Assembly (NCBI GenBank): GCA_963818475.1
Contig: CAWFSF010000001.1
Span: 1-64,000, forward strand
Direction: 5' to 3'
Source: Nitrospirota bacterium
Lineage (GTDB): Bacteria; Nitrospirota; UBA9217
Length of the DNA: 64,000 bases
Shown: piece after piece, positions 41,073-54,734 of the stretch
How the letters are laid out: every line of letters begins with the position of its first letter
Numbering within the stretch: the stretch's first letter is position 1
Notes under the pieces: generated by a model
Database searches by the model: none
What the model was told of the DNA's origin: nothing
What the model saw: only the letters and a program-made list of their open reading frames with translations
Translations under genes and position numbers: made by a program

Positions 41073-42432
41073 ATGACTCAAATTTTGCATCATTGCGGTT
41101 CAAGATTTCATTTTTCATCATAATCTTGCTCGTTGTAACAGCGCCTCCTGTTCACTGTCCTGAGCGATGCAGGCAATGAACCGGCAGATCATGAACGAGA
41201 TCGATCAAAAGGGCCGAGACGGTGGGCAAGAGCATGGCTTCCTCGGCTGCTTACAGCATGCTCGACGGGGATCTGTCTGGCACTGGACAAGCTCGGCTGG
41301 AAGGTCAAGGAGTCGAACAGCGACATCGTGTATGCCGCAGTAACGGACACCGCGATGAGAGTTGCTCACCCATACGGAGCTGAACCAGGCGGGAACCGTT
41401 CTGAACTATCGCGTCCGCGGAACCAGCCGTCAAGGACAAACGCCGGACGCGGATCTACCGGATACGCGACGATAGACGGCCTCCTTCGAGGTCCTGGTTC
41501 CCATGTTCTTCAACAGGAAACAGATCGGAAACATCATCGTGAAGGTCGATCGCTACCGCTATGCTCCATGCCCGTTCCGAAACCTGAAGCAGATCGTCAT
41601 CGGCCTGGTCATTGTCGTGCTGCTTGGCATCGGCTGCGTTCTCGTCCTCTCCTCTCTCATCACCAAGCCGATCAAGGAGCTGGCCACGAGGCGTCGACGA
41701 GCTCAAGCTCGGCATCCGGCCGAAACTTAAGGTCTAATCCCGGGACGAAATCGGCAGGCTGACTGCCAGCTTCAACCATATGAGCGAGCTGACGACAAGA
41801 CAGCAGGACCGCCTTCGCAGCTACGCCCATCAGCTCGAAGATTCCTATCTTTCCACGGTCAAAGTACTGACGGCAGCCATCGATGCCCGAGACCCGTATA
41901 CCCTCGGCCATTCCACGCGGGTGGCAAAACTTGCAACTCAGGATCGGAGAGGCTGTCGGCCTCTCACGACAGGAACTGGAGGACCTTGAGATAGCGAGTC
42001 TCTTCCACGATGTGGGCAAACTCAAGACGCCGGACTATGTTCTCTTGAAGGACGGACCCCTGGATGACGACGAGCACCGGCAGATCGTGAGCCATTGCGA
42101 GCATGGCGCCGCCATCCTGAGCAGGGCGGCTTCCCTGCACAAGTACATCCCCGCTGTCAGGCATCATCATGAATGGTTCAACGGCGAGGGATATCCGGAC
42201 GGACTGCGGGGCGACGACATTCCTCTTCATGCCTCGATCATTGCAGTTGCCGATGCATTTGACGCCATGACCTCGGTGCGGCCCTACAAACAGTCCTTCA
42301 GCCGGGAAGATGCGCTCCTCGAACTCGTCTCGCTTCTCGGGCAGGCAGTTCAACCCCTGGCTGGTAGACGTATTCCAGACAGCGCTGGAAGCAGATCCGC
42401 TGCTCGCGGAGCAGTTTTCCGGGAGAGGCTAG
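41073..42432 (+). CDS. Membrane HAMP + HD-GYP phosphodiesterase (frameshifted)
   Basis: TM + ITKPIKEL HAMP, AIDARDPYTLGHS, FHDVGK, HHEWFNGEGYPDGL. Confidence 0.88.
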
Positions 42433-42439
42433 GAACCAA

Positions 42440-42995
42440 ATGTTCCTGCTTCGCTTCAGTTCCCCTTTGTCCTCTCGCTCTCGTTGTGCGTCATTACGCT
42501 GGCTGCATGTGTGTCTGCACCTTCCCGTCCTGATTCACGGTCCATCACCGAAGAAAGCCGGGGTCTTCTCGCTGGCAATGCCCACGTTGATGCGCTCGCC
42601 CTGTTCGATGACGAACTACCCGGCAGTCCGGGAAGGCGAGCTCCTTGAGGCCTTCCGGGAAACCGTGCGCGCATGCCAAAATCGCCGCCGACCAGGCGCT
42701 TCAGCGGATGGACTTTGCCAGGGCAGGAGCTCTTTATCGTGCTCTTCAGGAGAGTGCGTTTTCAGGGAAACGGGAGGTCAGCTTTGGATGGAGCCGCATG
42801 GGTTGGAAAAACAGATCAGGGAATGCTCGAGGGTCCTGACGGAGCGGGGACTTAGAAAAATACCGCGGGGAAAACCTGGGAGACGGCATCGCGCTGTGGG
42901 GAAAGGTCCTTCTCTTTGATCCGAACAACCGTGCGGTGTTGAAGGCGATCGACACCGCAAGCAGGCAACGGAAGCGGCTCCAGACCATCAACTGA
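42440..42995 (+). CDS. Hypothetical, probable TPR-like lipoprotein (frameshifted)
   Basis: Lipobox-like LAAC; C-terminal GLEKYRGENLGDGIALWGKVLLFDPNN across frames. Confidence 0.5.
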
Positions 42996-43036
42996 GGCAG
43001 CCGTCCTAGAACGTCCCGTTCAGATAGTTTTATCCT

Positions 43037-43729
43037 TTATTTTTCGGGCAGGCGTTCGATGGCATAACGCAACATGGTTCGCGGCATCGACCTGTAATGG
43101 CGCATGAGAAATGCCTCCTCGGCCTGCATGTCCTTTTTACCTGCCTCCCGCAACATCCACCCGACCGCCTTATGGATAAGATCGTGTTCGTCGTCCAGCA
43201 GAATCGCCGCTATCTTGAACGTCGCGCTTACATCGTTTGCCCTTATGAAGAACAGGGTGGCTACTATGGCTATGCGCCGTTCCCACAGCACCTTTGATCC
43301 GGCCAATGCATAGAGCGGCAGGCGCGACCTTTCCGCGAGATGGGCACCGACGATGTTAGGCGCGGACAGGTCCACGAGATCCCAGTTATTGACAAAGCGG
43401 GTATTCTTCAGGTAGTGCTCGTAAATTCTGCTCTTCATCGCGCGGTCGCCCCTGGTAAAACGGCTGATGAGCAGAAACAGCGCAAGCAGCCTCTCCTCAT
43501 GGATGGGCGATCGCAGCAGCCGGAGCGCGTCGGTCACCCCGGTTTCCCTGCACTCCTTTGCCAGCTTCCTCAGGATCGGAACCGTTACTCCGAGGAAGAT
43601 ATCGCCTTCACCATACTCGCCCGGTCCCGTCTTAAAAAAGCCTCTCAGGACTTTCGCCTTTTCCTTGTTCGCCAGCGCTGCCAGTCTTTCCCGGACCCGC
43701 TCCGCGTCCATACCAGCCACCTTAATCAT
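43037..43729 (-). CDS. DNA alkylation repair protein (AlkD-like)
   Basis: FFKTGPGEYGEGD.FLGV.VP, NNWDLVDLSA, LIHKAVGWMLREAGK, MPRTMLRYAIE. Confidence 0.92.
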   Translation of the reverse strand: MIKVAGMDAERVRERLAALANKEKAKVLRGFFKTGPGEYGEGDIFLGVTVPILRKLAKECRETGVTDALRLLRSPIHEERLLALFLLISRFTRGDRAMKSRIYEHYLKNTRFVNNWDLVDLSAPNIVGAHLAERSRLPLYALAGSKVLWERRIAIVATLFFIRANDVSATFKIAAILLDDEHDLIHKAVGWMLREAGKKDMQAEEAFLMRHYRSMPRTMLRYAIERLPEK

Positions 43730-44090
43730 TCAATCCAACGGCAAAGTCTTCTATTTTTTCCAGAACGAAGGAGCGCACGGCAGGATCGATTCCTACACTC
43801 CGTTTCATGAAGCTATCTGCGATAACGGCTACCGGGCATTTGCCGTCAGGGACAAGGATAGGTGACTGGTTTTTTTCGGGGCTCCCTTCCCCATCGTCGA
43901 TCCTTTCGTGGCTGAATCCCCTGTCTGCGAACCACGTCACCGCACGTTCATTCCCCCGCTTGTCGTAGCACAACTGGAACCCCTTGACGCTGTCGTTCTC
44001 GATCCAAACGATGAGATCGAAATAATCATCGGAGAACCATCTTCGGTTCTCTTTGTCCGGATATGTTCTCGCTGTAAGTTCGTTCAGCAT
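43722..44090 (-). CDS. Conserved hypothetical protein
   Basis: RRWFSDDYFDLIVW..GFQLCYDK..ERAVTW..VPDG; co-directional and overlapping the AlkD-like gene. Confidence 0.75.
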   Translation of the reverse strand: MLNELTARTYPDKENRRWFSDDYFDLIVWIENDSVKGFQLCYDKRGNERAVTWFADRGFSHERIDDGEGSPEKNQSPILVPDGKCPVAVIADSFMKRSVGIDPAVRSFVLEKIEDFAVGLND

Positions 44091-44239
44091 AAGGGTCCGC
44101 CTGGTGATTGCTCCAACTATCGGGAATATAGCACAGGAATTGCCGGTTTTTAAAGTCATTTCTTTGGCAGGAAGCTGGGGAAGATCGCCCTTGTGTGGAA
44201 TGCCGGGGTCAGGCCTGCGCCTGATCCCCGAAGTTATCA

Positions 44240-45040
44240 CTATTCAAAAATCTTGTGCAGAAATTTCTGCATTTCTGCCCACGATTCCTTGTCGGCTTTT
44301 TCATTGTACGCCAGCGGCAAATTGAATTTCTTTCCCAGCTCGGTTGCATCGGGATTCGTAAAGCTGTGCATAGCGTCAGGGTAAACGATGAATCGGTAGT
44401 CCGCGCCGGCCCTCTTTAATTGGTTTTTAAATTTTTCGATCTGGTCCGGAGTGGCAAACTTGTCGCTCCCTCCGTGAAGCACAAGTATCTTCGCCTTGAC
44501 GTCGCCAGGACGGGGTGGTTGCGCCAGCGAGAGGCTGCCGTGGAAGCTGACTACGCCCCTCAAGTCCGCTCCCTGCGCAGCCATGTTCAGTACGATGCCT
44601 CCGCCGAAGCAGTAACCGACGGCAGCAATGCGCCGCGGATCGACGTTCGGCTGTTTTTTCAGATACTGTTCTGCTGCTTGGAAGCGTGCCTTTGCCGCAG
44701 GGAAATTTTCCATCAGGTCCGATGAGAATTTGCCGGCCTCATCCGGATGTGCCGCCGTTTTACCATCTCCGTACATGTCCAGCGCTAACGCAATGTACCC
44801 GAGGTCGGCCAGCATATCTGCACGTTTTCTGGCGTAGTCGTTCAAGCCCCACCACTCGTGCACGACCAGAACTCCCGGTTGCTTGTTTTTCACCGCATCG
44901 TCATAGGCAAGGTACCCTTTCATGACCGTTCCCTGGACCGAATATTCAACCGCCTTCCCGACAACTTTTGCGTCGACCGTAGCAATTGCCGACCAGAGCA
45001 GTGCCATTGCGAATACGGCTGCAAAAGCAATTTTTTTCAT
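44240..45040 (-). CDS. Secreted dienelactone hydrolase family protein
   Basis: Signal peptide, VVHEWWGLN, GYCFGG nucleophile elbow, HSFTNP. Confidence 0.93.
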   Translation of the reverse strand: MKKIAFAAVFAMALLWSAIATVDAKVVGKAVEYSVQGTVMKGYLAYDDAVKNKQPGVLVVHEWWGLNDYARKRADMLADLGYIALALDMYGDGKTAAHPDEAGKFSSDLMENFPAAKARFQAAEQYLKKQPNVDPRRIAAVGYCFGGGIVLNMAAQGADLRGVVSFHGSLSLAQPPRPGDVKAKILVLHGGSDKFATPDQIEKFKNQLKRAGADYRFIVYPDAMHSFTNPDATELGKKFNLPLAYNEKADKESWAEMQKFLHKIFE

Positions 45041-45613
45041 GGTAACCCCCTTGGTATTAAAAATGATAGCTACACCCGTTGACTTTGTTCAAGTTTAGCA
45101 AAAGGCGACGAGGGAATAGCAAGAGGAATGAAAATTACGGTGATCTGGGGAGGTCGCGAATTGCGGTTACAGGTTGATGAATGCTAAAGATTGAAGAGCC
45201 CTGGCCTTACCAGGTGAGAGCAGGACGTCCAATGAACTGAAACTCTAAGGAGTTATGGTTGGTGCCGGTAGGATCAGGAGCATCCGGCTCCTGCACCATC
45301 TCCAGATAAAAAGTCTTCGGCTGAAGCGGTTGGAGGCTTGGGCAACTGGAAGCACAAACAGTCTTACCGAGTCACCAGTCGAGGATCCTGGAACAACCAA
45401 AGAAGTGACCGCAGACCAATAGAGCACTCTTGTACGGCAACCAGCCGACCAATCAGGGCCGTAACTGCCAAGGCCGGGAAGCCAATGAAAACATTCAATG
45501 ATGGCCGAGGACTTTATCAGAAGTGTGTCCACGACGAAGCAGCGGTAGCTGTGTAGAATAGGGACCTCACCGGAAGGCAAACTGTCAATGGGGATAGTGA
45601 CTATCGCAGTTTA

Positions 45614-46081
45614 TCAACGGTTGCGTTCCTTTACTGCACGCTCCACTTCCCGCTTCGATTCTTTTTCCTTAATGGTGTCCCGCTTATCGTAGGCTTTTTT
45701 GCCCTTGGCAAGACCGATCAGCACTTTAGCCTTGCCACGAACAAAGTAGATCTTAAGCGGAATGAGCGTAAATCCTTTTTGCGTTATCTTCCCGATCAGC
45801 CTGCGTATCTCTTCCTTGTGCAAAAGCAGTTTGCGGGTGCGAAGCGGGTCATGGTTCATTATGTTGCCGTAGGGATAAGGACTTATGGTGGCATTGAACA
45901 GGAAGACTTCGTTGTTCTTTACAATGGCGTAGCTGTCGGTAAGATTGGCGAGACCGTGGCGAAGAGATTTAACCTCGGTTCCCTGAAGCGCAATGCCCGC
46001 TTCGAAGGTCTCTTCGACAAAATAATCGTGATAGGCCTTTCTGTTGGTCGTAACTGCGGTCTCGGTCTTGTTTTCCGTCAT
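45614..46081 (-). CDS. smpB: SsrA-binding protein
   Basis: [39 protein letters not shown]. Confidence 0.97.
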   Translation of the reverse strand: MTENKTETAVTTNRKAYHDYFVEETFEAGIALQGTEVKSLRHGLANLTDSYAIVKNNEVFLFNATISPYPYGNIMNHDPLRTRKLLLHKEEIRRLIGKITQKGFTLIPLKIYFVRGKAKVLIGLAKGKKAYDKRDTIKEKESKREVERAVKERNR

Positions 46082-46205
46082 GAGTTCATCTCGTCCGATC
46101 GCTTTCAATGATACACATACACGACTGAACAGGCAAGCAGTATCACGCTCCAATATTGGCGCATGCCAGACGCTGAGAGCGTAACAGCCAGTATCAATAA
46201 AAATG

Positions 46206-46240
46206 ATAAAAAAAAGCCCATCATCGTATGATGATGGGCT
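46206..46240 (-). terminator. rRNA operon terminator
   Basis: AGCCCATCATC-GTAT-GATGATGGGCT stem plus T-run on the minus strand. Confidence 0.85.
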
Positions 46241-46250
46241 CGAAAAATAT

Positions 46251-46368
<118 letters not shown>

Positions 46369-46444
46369 AACCTTATAAACAGGTTTGACACTGAATACGC
46401 AAGTATACTAAAAAAGCCGAATTTGTCAGAAGCAGAAAATTTAG

Positions 46445-49446
<3,002 letters not shown>

Positions 49447-49569
49447 CCAAATCTGCTTCTGGCAGATTCGGCGTTTTTCTTGATTGTTCGCCTCAGCTTT
49501 TCTTGTATCTTGCGTATTCAGTTGTCAAAGAACAGTCAGAAACGCATCACTGCGTGTCTGAAACTGGTA

Positions 49570-49630
49570 ATTCAAAATTCAAGATTCAATATTCAAATGT
49601 TGAATGCTGAATTTTAAATTTTGAATTTAT
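49570..49630. repeat. Heptamer (AATTCAA-like) repeat hairpin in the ITS
   Basis: AATTCAA AATTCAA GATTCAA TATTCAA followed by the complementary TTGAAT-type units. Confidence 0.7.
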
Positions 49631-49636
49631 TTAAAT

Positions 49637-49712
49637 TGGTGGAGCTGAGCGGGATCGAACCGCTGACCCCCTGCTTGCAAAGCAGGTGCTCTCCCAGCTG
49701 AGCTACAGCCCC
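49637..49712 (-). tRNA. tRNA-Ala(TGC)
   Basis: GGGGCTGTAGCTCAG...TTGCAAG...TTCGATC...CCACCA, 76 nt. Confidence 0.97.
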
Positions 49713-49765
49713 TGATTAATTGCAAATCCGAATTTCGAAATTTAGGATTTCGAATTTGTTTTTAC

Positions 49766-49842
<77 letters not shown>

Positions 49843-49995
49843 GTCTTGATGACTTTCATCAGGCTCAGGACTTTTCCCGTGGGTTAAGCTCCGAGCCCAT
49901 GCCTATAGCCCTGAGCAATGCTCATGGTCCTTCAAAACTAAATAGGTGCTTGGCGAACGACCTAGGATGTGAGCCACCGAAGTGACTCCAAATTC

Positions 49996-51565
<1,570 letters not shown>

Positions 51566-51668
51566 AAATCTGATCCTATGCAATGTTACTCAAGGTAACT
51601 TGACTAATTTGTTTCTCAAAACCCGCCACTTCCAAAGGCGTGAGCCCTTAGAAGTTTATGCACCTATT

Positions 51669-51864
51669 TAGTTTTCAAAGACCATGCTCTGCGTCCGCTC
51701 GCAGAATACCGATATTAACAAACTGCTTTTACTTTGTCAAGAACTTTTTTCTACTGCTTCTCTTTTTCTTGTTGCTCACTTCACTTGAAACCCTTGATCT
51801 TCGCCCGGTCATATTGTTCCTTCAAGCGAGGGCGCAATGTAACACAAGTGATTTTCAGTGTCAA
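51669..51864 (-). promoter_or_regulatory. Inner rrn promoters P1/P2 and boxA
   Basis: TTGACA-17-TACATT (51864-51836), TTGACA-17-TAATAT (51740-51712), boxA-like GGTCTTTGAAAACTA (~51669-51683). Confidence 0.75.
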
Positions 51865-51939
51865 GATCTTTTTTAACTTTGTTTGCTTTTTTACGGCAAC
51901 TGCGCGGTTGGTTTTTTACAACTTCGAGGTTTTGCCCGA

Positions 51940-52025
51940 TACGTATTGCTACGTACTTCTCGTTCGACTTGCATGTGTTAAGCACGCCGCCAGCGTTCGT
52001 TCTGAGCCAGGATCAAACTCTCCAA
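51940..52025 (-). pseudogene. Truncated 16S rRNA 5' fragment (~85 nt), divergent allele
   Basis: Second AGAGTTTGATCCTGGCTCAGAACGAACGCTGGCGG...GAGAAGTACGTAGCAATACGTA, after which similarity stops. Confidence 0.85.
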
Positions 52026-52133
52026 AAAAAGCTGATCCTTTTTGCAAAGTTACCCGAAGGTAACTGAACTAATTTGTTTCTTTGGTACTCGCCATTCAAG
52101 GTCACTTGCGCGACCCTGAATTCTACACCTATT

Positions 52134-52441
52134 TAGTTTTCAAAGACCATGTTCTGCCTGTTCTGCAGAATTATAAAACTCTATAAACTTGCCAAGAACT
52201 TTATGAGCTTCTTTTGTTATTTAGTTTACATCTTGATGTGCTCATTTGGTAGTTATAGAACTTCGAGGTAGTACCCGAGGTTTTTACCTATGAACGAAGG
52301 CGTAATGTATCAGAATGCTTAACACCTGTCAAGACTTTTTCTACTATCAACGTACTATTTCTGCTGCAAAAAAGCTGTTCGAGTAAGCTGCGGTTCCATC
52401 GAACGAGGGCGCAATTTATCAGAAAGCATTACCACTGTCAA
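52134..52441 (-). promoter_or_regulatory. Outer rrn-type promoters and second boxA
   Basis: TTGACA-17-TAAATT (52441-52413), TTGACA-17-TACATT (52332-52304), boxA-like at ~52134-52148. Confidence 0.7.
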
Positions 52442-52469
52442 GATTTAATTTCATACTGTTTCATTATTT

Positions 52470-53684
52470 TCACTTTTGAGCAGCTACCCTTACAAAACGC
52501 TTCTTCCCTACCTTCAGCACATACTCTCCAGCCGGCAGTTCCATGTCGATTTCCCGGACCGGTGATTCGTTCATCTCTACCGCGCCCTGCTGAATGAGCC
52601 TGCGCGCCTCGGAATTACTTTTGGCAACTCCCGCGAGCGCCATGAGCTTTGCGAGCTTCATAGTCGCGCCTTCCCATATGATCTCGACTGAAGGGATCTC
52701 GTCCGGCATCGCGTTCCTGCTGAAAACGCTCTCGAACTCTGCACGGGCCTTCGCTCCCTCACTCATGCCGCAAAACCGGTCTGCCAGTTCCTCGGCAAGC
52801 CGCTTCTTTGCCTCCATCGGATGAAGCACACCGGATTTCACATCCGCCTTGATCTTTTCAAGTTCTCCCAGCGACACGGAGCTCACGAGTTCGTAGAACC
52901 TGAACATAAGATCATCGCTTGCGGACATGACCTTGCCGAAGATTTCTTTCGCCGGCTCGGTAATGCCGATGTAATTGCCGAGACTTTTGCTCATTTTGTT
53001 AACGCCGTCCAAGCCTTCGAGAAGCGGCATCATAACGATTGACTGCGGCGCCTGGCCGTATTCCTTTTGAAGCTCACGGCCCACCAGAAGGTTAAATTTC
53101 TGGTCCGTTCCGCCCAGCTCCACATCGGCCTTGAGCGCTACGGAATCATACCCCTGGATAAGCGGGTAAAGGAACTCATGGATGCTGATCGGCAGCTCCG
53201 ATTGATAGCGCTTTTTGAAGTCTTCACGCTCAAGCATCCTGGCCACGGTATGCTTGGCAGCAAGCTGGATCAGATCGCCGGCGGTCATTTTCGACATCCA
53301 CTCGCTGTTGAAGGCTATCTTTGTTTTTGCCGGATCGAGTATTTTGTATATTTGTGACTGGTAGGTCTTTGCGTTCTCGGCAACTTCCTCTTTCGTGAGG
53401 TGTTTTCTGGTCTCGGACTTGCCGGTCGGATCGCCGATCATGCCCGTGAAATCGCCGATAAGAAAAATGACCTCATGCCCCAGTTCCTGGAACTGACGCA
53501 TTTTATTCAGGAGCACCGTGTGGCCAAGATGAATGTCCGGGGCCGTGGGATCGAATCCCGCCTTCACCCGGAGCGGCTGCCCTTTCACAACAGACTTCTC
53601 AATCCTCTTCAAGAGATCGTCTTCTACGATGATCTCCACTGCTCCGCGCTTTATGATATCAAGTTGTTCTTTGGCTGATAGCAT
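52470..53684 (-). CDS. tyrS: Tyrosine--tRNA ligase
   Basis: [19 protein letters not shown]-terminal S4 domain. Confidence 0.97.
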   Translation of the reverse strand: MLSAKEQLDIIKRGAVEIIVEDDLLKRIEKSVVKGQPLRVKAGFDPTAPDIHLGHTVLLNKMRQFQELGHEVIFLIGDFTGMIGDPTGKSETRKHLTKEEVAENAKTYQSQIYKILDPAKTKIAFNSEWMSKMTAGDLIQLAAKHTVARMLEREDFKKRYQSELPISIHEFLYPLIQGYDSVALKADVELGGTDQKFNLLVGRELQKEYGQAPQSIVMMPLLEGLDGVNKMSKSLGNYIGITEPAKEIFGKVMSASDDLMFRFYELVSSVSLGELEKIKADVKSGVLHPMEAKKRLAEELADRFCGMSEGAKARAEFESVFSRNAMPDEIPSVEIIWEGATMKLAKLMALAGVAKSNSEARRLIQQGAVEMNESPVREIDMELPAGEYVLKVGKKRFVRVAAQK

Positions 53685-53778
53685 GGATCCTTTTTCCTGC
53701 GGCTGAAGACCAGGATAACCATATCCTGCCGTGTTCTGCCGTCATGTGCAAGCGCTTTGTATTGTACGGTGCGGCAGG

Positions 53779-54144
53779 TTATTCCGCTTTTTTGATCAGA
53801 TCGGCAATAATGTCAACCATGAAGGGGTGCCCCCCGACGTAATCGGTTACCACGATCTCAAGATGGGGGTGTTTTTTTTTCACGGTCCTCACCAGTGCAG
53901 GTACATCTGCAGAAACATGCGCCCCGGACTGCATAAAGAACGGGACGATGACCACCTTCTCGACCTGCAGCCTGATACAATTCTCCAACACCTCACGCAA
54001 GCCGGGAGAAGCATGCTGCAGGAAGGCATGCGCGACCACGTCATAGCCGCCGCTATTGCTGATCCTGGCCGCTGCCTGCCGGATGGAGTCATCAGCGCCC
54101 TCGCTTCGGCTTCCATGCCCCAGGATGACGATCGCTGTCTTCAC
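53779..54144 (-). CDS. cbiX: Short CbiX/SirB-type sirohydrochlorin chelatase
   Basis: ILGHGSR, AFLQHASP, VPFFMQSGAHVSADVP, GGHP. Confidence 0.85.
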   Translation of the reverse strand: MKTAIVILGHGSRSEGADDSIRQAAARISNSGGYDVVAHAFLQHASPGLREVLENCIRLQVEKVVIVPFFMQSGAHVSADVPALVRTVKKKHPHLEIVVTDYVGGHPFMVDIIADLIKKAE

Positions 54145-54370
54145 ATGATCTCCAATTGGTACCGTAAGCTGATTTTTTTATCACAGGCCATGATAAAAGT
54201 CAATGTAATAGTAGGGATGCGCACCATGAGCAGAACCATATAATTTTCATAAAATCAAACAGATGAGGCTCCGGATGACAAGAAGGGTCCTTTCCCAGTG
54301 CGGGAATAGGGTTTTGCAGAAGGATCGAATTCGACACTAGGAACTGCAAATGAACTCAGCATGCGCGACA

Positions 54371-54402
54371 CAAAAAAAATCGGCGGGCTGCTTAGCCCGC
54401 CG
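54371..54402 (-). terminator. Intrinsic terminator after a 21-aa ORF
   Basis: CGGCGGGCT-AAGC-AGCCCGCCG followed by a T-run on the minus strand. Confidence 0.8.
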
Positions 54403-54409
54403 GAGAGCA

Positions 54410-54475
54410 CTATTTTTTCTTTGTTGTTTTTTTCTTGGCAGTCGCTTTTGTACCGCACTTTTTCCCACAAGCCAT
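54410..54475 (-). CDS. Unannotated 21-aa Lys-rich, two-Cys peptide MACGKKCGTKATAKKKTTKKK
   Basis: Near-perfect SD GAGGAGGTG 6 nt before ATG; TAG immediately followed by a terminator. Confidence 0.7.
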   Translation of the reverse strand: MACGKKCGTKATAKKKTTKKK

Positions 54476-54590
54476 CGGTTTCACCTCCTCAAATCAAAAT
54501 AGCCGCTTATGTACGCCGTTCATTCTGGCGGACAGGGCAAAAACCATCGCAACTGAAAACAACACTTTTTTTTGCCATACCAGTTAAGTA

Positions 54591-54620
54591 TTGACTCCGC
54601 CTGCATCTCTATCATATAAT
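54591..54620 (+). promoter_or_regulatory. sigma70-type promoter of the sensor kinase
   Basis: TTGACT-18-TATAAT. Confidence 0.55.
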
Positions 54621-54734
54621 ATCACTACTAAAAAATAAAGCCTGTAACATTTCCGTTAAGCTGCATGACCATCTTGCGATAGCTGGCAAATCCCGGGCCG
54701 GCCAGCCGCGCCCTGTTCGCGCGAAAGAGTACAG

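Noticed and set aside
45100-45610. tmRNA (ssrA) next to smpB
   Set aside because: No GGGG..TTCGAC 5' end or T-arm/CCA 3' end on either strand.
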